64,000 bases of DNA. It comes from a virus. The stretch lies in IMG/VR virus record IMGVR_UViG_3300000062_000005; one strand, 5' to 3'. Shown piece after piece: positions 19,590 to 28,347 of this stretch; positions within the stretch are counted from its first letter, which is position 1, and the number at the start of each line of letters is the position of its first letter. The notes under the pieces were generated by a model that was not told where the DNA came from, ran no database searches, and saw nothing but the letters and a program-made list of their open reading frames with translations. Both the position numbers and the translations under genes were made by a program.

Positions 19590-19727
19590 TTACTTCACAA
19601 ATCTACCTTTCTCGTCACGGTCTGTTAGTCTAATGTAGCTAAGTTCCACAATCCTCAATCTGTCCAATTCATTCAAAAGTGCTTGATATTTACTTCTAGA
19701 AATAATTATCCACCTGAATATCTTCAT
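19590..19727 (-). CDS. 45-aa ORF missed by the track (MKIFRWIIISRSKYQALLNELDRLRIVELSYIRLTDRDEKGRFVK)
   Basis: Translated by hand. The ATG overlaps the portal TGA, there is an AGGAGG RBS, and the TAA abuts the next ATG. Confidence 0.7.
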   Translation of the reverse strand: MKIFRWIIISRSKYQALLNELDRLRIVELSYIRLTDRDEKGRFVK

Positions 19728-21115
19728 GGCATACCCTCCTCAACCATCTGGGGAAGCGGAGGCATCATTTTTAATGCCTCTTCCTCCGTTTTGCCATACC
19801 TATAGGCCAAGTAGATTTCAGGTCTTATCAAACCTGCAGCTACTTCAGAAGCCATTCTGACAAGCTCTGTGTTTTTATCCTCTATGATACTATCATCAAA
19901 AGTGACAGTAACTTCAGCTTCGGGGTCCAATCCTGTGGCAAGGCTGTGTTTAATCCCTAATTCCACCATCAGCCTGACTAAGTCCACTAACACAGCCTCA
20001 AGGATTATTTCATGCTTTTTCAAAGTTCTGAAGAGAGTATTATTCTCGCTGATAACCTGGGTTGCTGTAGCAATGCTACTCCCCTCGTACTTATAATAGT
20101 TTTCACCAAGTCCACATTGGCTGGAGAAGATGTTGAGGCCTTGATGGAGAGCTTGCTGATGGTCTGTAGTTCTGAGGGTCATATTCAGTTCATGAATAAA
20201 AGGCTTGCCTTCTATATTCATGCCCTCTGGAAGTTGGTAGTATACCAGATCATTGGGATCAAATACCGGAGAACCGCTCATCATATTTATAGCTTCAGCT
20301 GCTACTAGTACTCTCTTTTTACCCAGTTCGAACTCATTCATGTAAGAGTCATATACTAAGTCACAGAATTTCATGCTATCTATAGCATTAGCAAATACCG
20401 CTATTCCAAGGGGATTATCTGGGTCTATGTTATTGGCAATATTCAGTCTATCTATAACAAAGGGTTTAGTAGTACTTTTTGTAAGAATCTCTTCCTCAAC
20501 CTTATCATACCCAGTAACATCCCTGAGAGGTACCTCGATATATTTATCTCCTTTTTCTTCAGTTTCTAGAAGAATATTCTGAATTTTATATGTATGATCT
20601 TCCTCCAAAGTAAATAGCTGAAGAAATATATAGTCCTGACCCTCAGAAGTGGTATTGCTATACACAGCTAGCTCTGTGATTACTCCATTTTCACAAGATA
20701 ATGGAAACAGACCATCTGCACTGATATAATTCATCTTTAATCCGTCAGAAGTGAAGTAAGGAATGTAGCACATAGTTCCTAGTGCAGCCTTTTTCTCTTG
20801 GGACTCATTAAGCTTGATATACATATTATTTCTATCAAGCATATCATCAATAAACTCTTGAGTAGCCTGACTGTTCACAGCTATCTTACATTTCTCATTG
20901 AAAAGCAGATTAGCCAACTGCTCACTCACAGATTTTCCTAACTGAAGACTGGCTCTCGTTCTGCTAGCAAAAGTTGTACCAGTATACACTTTGTAATCAT
21001 GAAACCCATCCACAGCGCCTGCGTACCATGATTGCCAAGTAGAGATTTTATCTGAGAGGCTATCAATTACCTCAAAACCCTTTTCTGTGAGATACTCCAC
21101 CAAAGCTTTGTCCAT
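19724..21115 (-). CDS. Portal protein (SPP1/A118-like)
   Basis: 463 aa after terL; LGIAVFANAID, TATQVISEN and VTFDDSIIED motifs. Confidence 0.92.
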   Translation of the reverse strand: MDKALVEYLTEKGFEVIDSLSDKISTWQSWYAGAVDGFHDYKVYTGTTFASRTRASLQLGKSVSEQLANLLFNEKCKIAVNSQATQEFIDDMLDRNNMYIKLNESQEKKAALGTMCYIPYFTSDGLKMNYISADGLFPLSCENGVITELAVYSNTTSEGQDYIFLQLFTLEEDHTYKIQNILLETEEKGDKYIEVPLRDVTGYDKVEEEILTKSTTKPFVIDRLNIANNIDPDNPLGIAVFANAIDSMKFCDLVYDSYMNEFELGKKRVLVAAEAINMMSGSPVFDPNDLVYYQLPEGMNIEGKPFIHELNMTLRTTDHQQALHQGLNIFSSQCGLGENYYKYEGSSIATATQVISENNTLFRTLKKHEIILEAVLVDLVRLMVELGIKHSLATGLDPEAEVTVTFDDSIIEDKNTELVRMASEVAAGLIRPEIYLAYRYGKTEEEALKMMPPLPQMVEEGMP

Positions 21116-21116
21116 A

Positions 21117-22424
21117 TTACTTTAACCTCCCAGCTTTCTCTAGTTTTTGCATAGTTGTGCAGAGTGAATATTCAAAACCATCTAGACTGTCAATATTAGA
21201 GGTACCATTGTCAAGTCTAGAGGTTTTTAGCTTATCATCCCAGATAGCTGATTGAAATGCTTCTCTTAAATGTACACATTTAGCCGCTATTTTTAATCTA
21301 TCCATAGCAAATAGAGTGTTTGTCAGATCTATTCTGCTATTTATTGGGTGTTTTATACAGCTTTTGATGCTAGCTCTTAGTCCTCTTCTTGCTGAAGAAT
21401 TGCGAAGTCCATTTACCAACATCTTTTCAGCACTATCCGGAAATACTCTTGCAGGTCCATACTCATCGATAATCCCTTCCATGAAAATCATCAACCTGCG
21501 GTATAATTCTTCTGGGTCCATATCGTCCTTAGTATAAAATTCACCTAAAACTATAACCTCATCACAGTTTTGTGTAATGGCTACAGCCACAGCTGTGTTA
21601 GCAGATTTTCCATGTCCCCAGTCAATTCCAATAAAAACTCCCATAATGACTATATCATTGTCCTTAAGATACTGTAGGGGGTCATCGATGATATACCTGT
21701 CAGCATTTTCCACAAAGTTGGTATATATAGCCCCTTCTAGCATTCCCCAGTTACCTAATCCTTCTACCAGATATCTTCCCGGAGACTTCTCTTTCATCAG
21801 ATCAAATAAGGCTATATCATCTTCTCCCAGAAATTCATTCTGAAGGTATGTTGTGGTCAAAGCTTTGGTAAACTTGTTAGGGTCGTCAAAGAATCTAGCC
21901 TTCAGCCAGTGTTTCTCATTCCACGGATTGAAGGAGATGATAAATTGTTTGAATAATCCTTCAGGAAGATTGCCTCTGATAGACAAATCAAGCCTATCGA
22001 AATCGCTTTCCTTCATAATCTGATAGGCCTCTTCAACCCACACAAAACAGAGGTAACCTTTCTCCACAGTGGCAGAAGCGATGGACTGTGGGTCGTTCAT
22101 GCCCCTGAAGATTATAGACTGACCTGTGGATATAAAAGTCAGTTTCATCGGAGAAGTGTTAGCCTTCCACAGGTGGTCAACTCCCAGTCGATTTATTGCC
22201 CACTTTAACTGGGCAAAAGTTGAGTCTCTGTGATCAACATCGTACCTCCGGACTACAAGACCGTTGCTTTCAGGATATTTCATAAGGTTATATATAAGTT
22301 TTAAGGCAGCCGTACAGCTCTTTTTAGAGCCGCGGCCACCTTTAACAACTAAGTATCTTTTTTTGCTTCTCCAAAAACTGCCATATCCTCTGCCCACAAT
22401 CTCAGGTAAATTTATCTCAGGCAT
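21117..22424 (-). CDS. terL: Terminase large subunit (PBSX/SPP1 type)
   Basis: Walker A KGGRGSKKS, Walker B VWVEEA, SFNP, nuclease IGIDWG and DSLDGFEY. Confidence 0.96.
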   Translation of the reverse strand: MPEINLPEIVGRGYGSFWRSKKRYLVVKGGRGSKKSCTAALKLIYNLMKYPESNGLVVRRYDVDHRDSTFAQLKWAINRLGVDHLWKANTSPMKLTFISTGQSIIFRGMNDPQSIASATVEKGYLCFVWVEEAYQIMKESDFDRLDLSIRGNLPEGLFKQFIISFNPWNEKHWLKARFFDDPNKFTKALTTTYLQNEFLGEDDIALFDLMKEKSPGRYLVEGLGNWGMLEGAIYTNFVENADRYIIDDPLQYLKDNDIVIMGVFIGIDWGHGKSANTAVAVAITQNCDEVIVLGEFYTKDDMDPEELYRRLMIFMEGIIDEYGPARVFPDSAEKMLVNGLRNSSARRGLRASIKSCIKHPINSRIDLTNTLFAMDRLKIAAKCVHLREAFQSAIWDDKLKTSRLDNGTSNIDSLDGFEYSLCTTMQKLEKAGRLK

Positions 22425-22515
22425 TCAAGACACCTACTTCTTTTTGGGTTTAGGAGTAGCCACAGCTTTACCCATAGTGTTTATCTTTCCGGGATTGCTT
22501 TTTATTTTCTTAGTT

Positions 22516-23232
22516 TTAATAATAATTCCTCCCATCAGTTACTAAAGCTGTTCTGTTGTATACTATGGTATATGTTTGCTTAGTTCCTCCACCGGCCTTA
22601 CGAACTCTAGAGTTTCCAGAGGCTCCAGTCACTCTTAAGGCATCATATCCTCTAGAAGCCAAACTCGTGGTATATTGAGCCTGTTCAAAGGTATTCATCG
22701 CATTATATCTTCTACTAGATATTTCTGCTATTCTAGCACTAGATCTCAAAGCTATTCTATCGACTGTTCTACTGGAATTTCCTTGACTATTTCCTATCGA
22801 ATAAGCCCTTGCCTCGGTTATACTATTGGCTAAATAAATACCTCTTCCATATGAAGTTCCAGATCCCTCAATAAACATACTACCAGACATAAAATCATTA
22901 ACATAATGCTTCAAATCAGCTTCTGATGTTGCAGACATTCCTCTCCACAATTCTTCTACCTGTCCACTACTTACCAAGTTATCAAGTTCACCTGCAGAAA
23001 CAACTGTAGGAAGTCCATTAAATCCCTGATTAGCAAAAATGTCTGCCATATAATTCTCAAGTTCATGGCTTGCATCATAGTTTCTAGGGTTCCAATAAAA
23101 ACCCTTTTCTTCTGCGAGCTCAAAAAATTCAGATATAATAGGATTTTGGGCTATGAACTTTTCCAAATCTACAGTCAAGTCCTTACCTTTTACAACTGTT
23201 GACCTAGATGAACCCCCACCTCGTCCTCCCAT
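22516..23232 (-). CDS. MGGRG-tagged protein with a PARP/diphtheria-toxin-like (ART-PolyVal-like) ADP-ribosyltransferase fold
   Basis: LWRG...YGRGIYLANSITEARAY...GYDAL..YTIVYN pattern; N-terminus MGGRGGGSS. Confidence 0.55.
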   Translation of the reverse strand: MGGRGGGSSRSTVVKGKDLTVDLEKFIAQNPIISEFFELAEEKGFYWNPRNYDASHELENYMADIFANQGFNGLPTVVSAGELDNLVSSGQVEELWRGMSATSEADLKHYVNDFMSGSMFIEGSGTSYGRGIYLANSITEARAYSIGNSQGNSSRTVDRIALRSSARIAEISSRRYNAMNTFEQAQYTTSLASRGYDALRVTGASGNSRVRKAGGGTKQTYTIVYNRTALVTDGRNYY

Positions 23233-23243
23233 ACTATCACCCC

Positions 23244-23855
23244 TTACTTAGGAGTAGCTCTAAGAATAACTTCATAGTTATACCATGGAGAGCCTTTATC
23301 CTTAGTATATTTAACATCTACTATCTCATACCTAGTATTTCTAGCCATAAGGACTTCTCGTTCCTTACTGCCAGACCTATGCCTAGAAACATTCAAAGCC
23401 TGTGTTCCTTTAGGAGCTAAAATAGTGAACGTAGTATCTCCAGTGAAATATTTAATAGCCGATTTAGACATAGATGTACTCAAATAACCTTTATCAGTCC
23501 AGGTCTTCATACCCATCAACTCAGCTTTAACATCTGCAGGGTCTTTAGGGGTCCAAAAGCTTTCATTTGACCTGACAGATATTCCCATATCAGATAAATT
23601 TCCACCTCGGAATAAGGTAGTATCACTAAGCACTGTAGATTTAGCCATAATATCGTCAAGCACAGGAACTAACTCTCCATGAGCTCCTATTTCTCCATTG
23701 CGGAGGTCCTTATTAAGAGAAGTTGTTCCAACAGTATAGGTTTCTATCGCATCTAATTCTTTAGCACTTAGCCTTGGGTTACTATCCCTAAAGCTACCCA
23801 AATAATCACTTGGATTATTGGAAAGCTTAGATGAACCTCCTCCCCTACCGCCCAT
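23244..23855 (-). CDS. MGGRG-tagged VIP2/C3-like (R-S-E) ADP-ribosyltransferase
   Basis: TLFRG, GYLSTS and KEREVL (ExE) catalytic motifs; N-terminus MGGRGGGSS. Confidence 0.88.
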   Translation of the reverse strand: MGGRGGGSSKLSNNPSDYLGSFRDSNPRLSAKELDAIETYTVGTTSLNKDLRNGEIGAHGELVPVLDDIMAKSTVLSDTTLFRGGNLSDMGISVRSNESFWTPKDPADVKAELMGMKTWTDKGYLSTSMSKSAIKYFTGDTTFTILAPKGTQALNVSRHRSGSKEREVLMARNTRYEIVDVKYTKDKGSPWYNYEVILRATPK

Positions 23856-23858
23856 AAA

Positions 23859-24509
23859 CTACTCCTTCACTCTTTTTAATGCCGTATTACCGACAATCTT
23901 AGTATTTCCTACATACTGTATAGGACCTTCAAGCGTCTTATGGAACTTAGCTCCTGAGTAGAACAGAATTAGTGTTGGATTAAGAACCTCAAGCATTCGG
24001 TTATACCCTATCAAGAAAGCTTCTCGTGCAGCCTTGTTATTTATCACCCCGAGAGCAGATACAGAGACCACAGAGTTCTGTGGAATACCTTCGAAACAGA
24101 AGGAGTAAGAGTCAGGTCCTGCCCAGCCTATTGTGGGAATAACAGTCAGGCCTTGTGACTGCCAGTAAGCTCCGCACCATTGCTTACGATAATGATTCCA
24201 CATTTGCAGGGGCAATGGAGTATCAGAGTATAAGGAAAAGTCAGGAGAGAATACTCCCGGGTATTTTCTGAGGCCTTCCAAATATTTCTCAGGGGCATTC
24301 CACACTCTGTCAAATTTATGATCTTCCTGATAAAAGTGCAAAAAAGAGGATAAATCCTCATTTCTTCTGAACCTAGTGAATGGTTTGATAGAAAATTCCT
24401 CCGGAACCTCATATACAGGCTTCATAATGGGGAAACCCAAATCAGTAAACTGCATACTGACAGGAGATTTAAACCAATTATGAAAATCCTGCTTGTTATA
24501 TTTGGTCAT
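23859..24509 (-). CDS. DUF4417-like protein
   Basis: LHFYQEDHKFDRVW, PDFSLYSD.P...WNHYR..W.GAYWQ..G..VIPTIGW...FCFEGIP; recognised by eye. Confidence 0.85.
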   Translation of the reverse strand: MTKYNKQDFHNWFKSPVSMQFTDLGFPIMKPVYEVPEEFSIKPFTRFRRNEDLSSFLHFYQEDHKFDRVWNAPEKYLEGLRKYPGVFSPDFSLYSDTPLPLQMWNHYRKQWCGAYWQSQGLTVIPTIGWAGPDSYSFCFEGIPQNSVVSVSALGVINNKAAREAFLIGYNRMLEVLNPTLILFYSGAKFHKTLEGPIQYVGNTKIVGNTALKRVKE

Positions 24510-24512
24510 GGA

Positions 24513-25082
24513 TTAATCCTCCAGCTCACTCTCATTCCGGAAAACCACAGGCTCTTTGATCTCCACAAGAAGCTTGTGGTCCAGCAAGCCATAACGTCTA
24601 GCCAGCAGTTCCGCAGCTTTAGTGCGATCTTTAGGTCCTACTTGCTTCTTCAGACGCTCTATTACCTGCTCTCCTGCTCCTGATAGCCGGTTCATCAGAA
24701 CTTCCTCCTGAAGTTGACCTCTCATGCAAGCTGTCAGGTAAATCAGAACTTCTTCTGCTGTGGCAATTAAATCTTCCACAGTCTCGATCTGGGCCTCCGG
24801 TAACAGCTCAGGACGCTTAATTCTAATCTTCTGTTTTTTAGCCATCTCTTCTATAGTCCTCCTTAATAAAGCTTGTGCGGCGGGGCTTTTCCAGTGTTCT
24901 CGGGTCACAGACTTATGTGCTAATACCCCTCTGGGGTAGAATCTAGCAAGCAAAAGAGCATTATTTGTATCACCACAAATAAGGTGGTAATAAATTAGAG
25001 CTGTAACATTTGAGTAGGGTGGAAGTGGCCCAGATTCTGGGAGCGGGCCATATCTAGGTATTCGTCCTTCTTTAAGAGACAT
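24513..25082 (-). CDS. terS: Terminase small subunit
   Basis: IATAEEVLIYLTACMRG...KDRTKAAELLARRYGL..PVVF C-terminal signature; first gene of the late operon. Confidence 0.8.
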   Translation of the reverse strand: MSLKEGRIPRYGPLPESGPLPPYSNVTALIYYHLICGDTNNALLLARFYPRGVLAHKSVTREHWKSPAAQALLRRTIEEMAKKQKIRIKRPELLPEAQIETVEDLIATAEEVLIYLTACMRGQLQEEVLMNRLSGAGEQVIERLKKQVGPKDRTKAAELLARRYGLLDHKLLVEIKEPVVFRNESELED

Positions 25083-25159
25083 TGGAAGTCCTCCATAAAT
25101 TTACGCTCTATTGTACATGCTTATTATACCAGTATGATTCCTTCACTTGTCCATAGGAA

Positions 25160-25190
25160 GTTTCGCTAGTTCCCTTCCCACTAGCGAAAC
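25160..25190. promoter_or_regulatory. 11-bp perfect inverted repeat (TAGYGAAA operator family) in the divergent late/early region
   Basis: gtttcgctagt-N9-actagcgaaac. Confidence 0.55.
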
Positions 25191-25271
25191 AAATTTTTAC
25201 AAAATTTTGGAGATATTATATAAGGTAGCAGTTCGGCAATAAAAATTTTTCAACAAATTTCAAATTATCCA

Positions 25272-25300
25272 TTTACAAGTGAAGTGTTCTCTTATATAAT
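25272..25300 (+). promoter_or_regulatory. SigA-like early promoter
   Basis: TTTACA-N17-TATAAT. Confidence 0.8.
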
Positions 25301-25379
25301 GCAATTACAACCTAACCGGACGCCCCGGCAATAGCTGGGACATCAGAACCGGAAATTAAATTAAAAGGAGATCATTAAA

Positions 25380-26186
25380 ATGACAAACCTCAACATCAAG
25401 GTAAACCTCACATCTCGCAATGGTAATCCCGCCATCCTCCTGGCCATCGACCTGGAGAACAAGAAGGTAATCCTGTACAACGTGAAAGACGCCAAAGAGA
25501 AGACCGTCACCTTCCTGACCGCTGAAGGCTACAAAGTGGACTGTTCCTACCTACCTCCTCTGAAGAGTCGGTACTTAACAGCCAAAACCCTGAAGACAAT
25601 TCTAGATACTGACAAACTGGCTCCCCAGAAGTTCACTGCTAACCTGACCTCTAAGGAAGCCAAGATGATGAACGCCATCACAGAGGACCAGTTCTACGAG
25701 AACGGCACTGACTCTGTTCTCTGGCTGGACAACTTCATCGAGTACTGTGGCTTCGAAGGTAAAGCTGCAGGAGGTATCCTCACCAGTCTCCAGGAGAAAG
25801 GCTACATCTACATCCAGCTGGAGGACGATGGTAACCTGTTAGGCCTGACCGACAAGGGAGCTGACTACCTCAACAGCCTCAACAAACCTGCAGAGCCCAA
25901 GAAGCAAGCCCCCAACAGACGCCCCACCAAACCCACAGTCAAAGAAGAGGAAGTTCCCCAGGGCACCCTGACCACAGTCAATCCTGATAATGCTAACTCC
26001 AAGCTCATGTACATTGAGGACCTCGCCAGCATCGTAGGCCTGAAGGCTAAGACTCTTCGCAAAAGACTTCGTACTCTGGTAGCTGAAGGAACAGTGGTTA
26101 AGGTAAACCACACATGGTGCTGGGACTCTACTTCCATCGAATGGGAAGCTATCCAGGAACTGATGTCCAAGAAGGAGGAGAACTGA
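25380..26186 (+). CDS. Early protein with an internal winged-helix-like region and a C-terminal HTH-like module
   Basis: 268 aa, strong RBS; GKAAGGILTSLQEKGYI..LGLTDKG; C-terminal IEDLASIVGLKAKTLRKRLR..WCW. Confidence 0.7.
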   Translation: MTNLNIKVNLTSRNGNPAILLAIDLENKKVILYNVKDAKEKTVTFLTAEGYKVDCSYLPPLKSRYLTAKTLKTILDTDKLAPQKFTANLTSKEAKMMNAITEDQFYENGTDSVLWLDNFIEYCGFEGKAAGGILTSLQEKGYIYIQLEDDGNLLGLTDKGADYLNSLNKPAEPKKQAPNRRPTKPTVKEEEVPQGTLTTVNPDNANSKLMYIEDLASIVGLKAKTLRKRLRTLVAEGTVVKVNHTWCWDSTSIEWEAIQELMSKKEEN

Positions 26187-26428
26187 TGAATACTTATATC
26201 AACCTAGAAAATCTCCTCAGGACAATCACAGCTAAGGAGGTCTTTCTGTGGAACAAGCAGGTCTCAGCTATGAACAAGTCGGCTAATCGCTCATTTCTAG
26301 TTCACTCTGGAAACTCCAAAGATTTTGGAAGCAATCCTCTGGTAGCACATTATCTGGATGCTACTGTAATTAACCTGACCGTCTCAGCTTCAGGAGCCCT
26401 GAACATCACCGTCAGGACATTCAAATAA
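26186..26428 (+). CDS. Early hypothetical protein (80 aa, MNTYINLE...)
   Basis: ATG at 26186 overlaps the upstream TGA and follows GGAGGAG; a better start than the track's 26114. Confidence 0.7.
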   Translation: MNTYINLENLLRTITAKEVFLWNKQVSAMNKSANRSFLVHSGNSKDFGSNPLVAHYLDATVINLTVSASGALNITVRTFK

Positions 26429-26453
26429 CCACAAATATCCACCCAAATAAAGT

Positions 26454-26484
26454 AAAATGAGGACGGCTGCAGGGTCCTCATTTT
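26454..26484 (+). terminator. Intrinsic terminator
   Basis: aaaatgaggac-N9-gtcctcatttt. Confidence 0.75.
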
Positions 26485-26524
26485 CTTGTGTTTATACTCG
26501 TTGAAAATTTTCTTCAAATACCCA

Positions 26525-26553
26525 TTTACATTTCCAACGATATCTCTTATGAT
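26525..26553 (+). promoter_or_regulatory. SigA-like early promoter
   Basis: TTTACA-N17-TATGAT. Confidence 0.7.
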
Positions 26554-26600
26554 GTATACATAACAACTGACTACCAACCAAATTTTAGGAGGAATATAAA

Positions 26601-27188
26601 ATGACAACTCTCACCAACATCCTGAACCTCATCCCCGCTGACCAAGACCTCTGCATCGCATCTCGGCTCTTCTGTTCTGATGGCACCACACTGGAGACCT
26701 ACGGAGTTACTGAAAATTCCACCAAGGCCCTGGAACTTAGCTCTCACAGCTACAAGGACGCAGAGGTCATCGGACTTCACACCTACAACGATATCATCTA
26801 CATTCTCATCGAGACCCAAACCTACAAAGATGACCGCAACAACTACCTCGCAATTGAAGCTGCTAAGGAGGCCAAGAAGGCCAAGAAGGAAGCTCGCAAG
26901 TACCATCCCGCTGGCTTCATTAAAACCGGCAACAAAATGGAAGTTACCTTCGACGGCTGGGACGGCAAAAGCTACCACGGTGAAGGCACCAACCTCTCTA
27001 CCTGGACCCACCCCAACTTCGCTGGGGATATCTTCGTTAAGACTGCTCACTACGGTGGCTCCTTCCACAAAGTTACTGGAACTTCCAACTACTCCGGCCT
27101 TCCTTCTGTCCGCATCGTCTACTCCGGTGAACACATCCGTAAATCTGTCTCCGGCAAATATACCGCAGAGCCTACATGGTACATTTAA
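26601..27188 (+). CDS. Early hypothetical protein
   Basis: 195 aa, AGGAGG RBS, strongly biased C-ending codons. Confidence 0.8.
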   Translation: MTTLTNILNLIPADQDLCIASRLFCSDGTTLETYGVTENSTKALELSSHSYKDAEVIGLHTYNDIIYILIETQTYKDDRNNYLAIEAAKEAKKAKKEARKYHPAGFIKTGNKMEVTFDGWDGKSYHGEGTNLSTWTHPNFAGDIFVKTAHYGGSFHKVTGTSNYSGLPSVRIVYSGEHIRKSVSGKYTAEPTWYI

Positions 27189-27218
27189 CCCACTACAAAC
27201 ATTTAGGAGGAAAGAATA

Positions 27219-27899
27219 ATGTCTATCATCGATGAAAGAATCCGCATCTTAGATAAAATCGAGGCCCTGCTCAACAAGACCACCCTCAAGGGAGCTTCTG
27301 AAGCTGAAGCCCAAGAAGCACTTCTCATGGCCCACAAGCTCATGGCTAAATACCACATTTCTGACAAAGAGCTCAAGACTCCTGGAAATTCCGCAAAGAC
27401 GAAGTCCACGAACTATAAGGCCATGGCTCAATGGTCCATCGCACTCCTCCAGATAGTCGCAGAAAATTTCCGCTGCAAGTCCTACCTCCAGAACCACAAC
27501 GCTGCCTTCGTAGGTGAAGAGCTGGACATGAAGTTAGCCATTGAAATGTATAAAATGCTGGTGGACGTAGCTGACAAGGGAGCTCGCAAAATCCGCAGAG
27601 ACTATCGGAAGGCTGGTGACTCCACAGAAGGAGTAGCTAACAGCTACCTCAGAGGATTCCTCACAGGGATCAAAGAAGCACTAGAAGCTCAGAGATTGAC
27701 TATGGTGCAGGAAGACTCCTCCACAGCTCTGGCACTGGCCCTTGATATTCCACAGTCAGTCCTGGACCTCTACGACTCTAAGGTCAGAAGCAACGCCAAG
27801 AAGGTATCTGGCAGGCCCCTAGGAAAGTCCTCCGACAGACAGGCATACCACAGAGGACATACTGATGGTTCTACCTCCATCACAAAACAGCTCAACTGA
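27219..27899 (+). CDS. DUF2786-like protein
   Basis: KIEALLNKT..GASEAEAQEALLMAHKLMAKYHIS N-terminus; C-terminal AYHRGHTDG. Confidence 0.8.
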   Translation: MSIIDERIRILDKIEALLNKTTLKGASEAEAQEALLMAHKLMAKYHISDKELKTPGNSAKTKSTNYKAMAQWSIALLQIVAENFRCKSYLQNHNAAFVGEELDMKLAIEMYKMLVDVADKGARKIRRDYRKAGDSTEGVANSYLRGFLTGIKEALEAQRLTMVQEDSSTALALALDIPQSVLDLYDSKVRSNAKKVSGRPLGKSSDRQAYHRGHTDGSTSITKQLN

Positions 27900-27908
27900 C
27901 AAATAATT

Positions 27909-27933
27909 AAAACAGGCCAGAGCGGCCTGTTTT
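27909..27933 (+). terminator. Intrinsic terminator (possibly bidirectional)
   Basis: aaaacaggcc-agagc-ggcctgtttt. Confidence 0.8.
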
Positions 27934-27966
27934 ATTGCGTCACTGTGGACTCAGAATTATATTGCC

Positions 27967-28216
27967 GGTCTGTTTATATGGACTAATATAAAAAGCTCTT
28001 AAATCGGCTCTAAACGGCCTCAGAATTTATAGGACATATGTATTATAGTACAGCTGTTCTATATAATTTTACCAGTACAAATCAGAATTTTAATTTAACA
28101 GGTCCCCTGAGAGCTTTTAATGGACCACTGTGGCAGTTTTACTGGTGTACTGGTCTGTTTATATGGACTGATATAAAAAGCTCCCAGTGGTCCAAATTTC
28201 GGCCTCAAACGTCAGA
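27967..28216. repeat. Intergenic element copy B: 32-bp direct repeat plus the bipartite motif
   Basis: ggtctgtttatatggact(a/g)atataaaaagctc at 27967 and 28152; AAAAGCTC-N20-CTCAAACGTCA at 28176-28214. Confidence 0.8.
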
Positions 28217-28256
28217 GGTTATAAATTCCTAATTTATAACACTAATTTTACAACAC

Positions 28257-28299
28257 TAATATCCAGCTGATAGAGAATACCCTAATCAGCTGGATATTA
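28257..28299. terminator. 15-bp perfect hairpin between convergent transcription units
   Basis: taatatccagctgat-N13-atcagctggatatta. Confidence 0.65.
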
Positions 28300-28347
28300 A
28301 CTTTGATGCGAGGAGTGGAATGATATTTGATGGACGTGCCTTCCATC

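Noticed and set aside
22434-22535. 33-aa basic ORF (MGGIIIKTKK...PKPKKK) between the second ART gene and terL, also starting MGG
   Set aside because: No SD sequence before the ATG, it overlaps the upstream gene end, and it lacks the RG of the tag. It could be a real basic peptide but I cannot support it.
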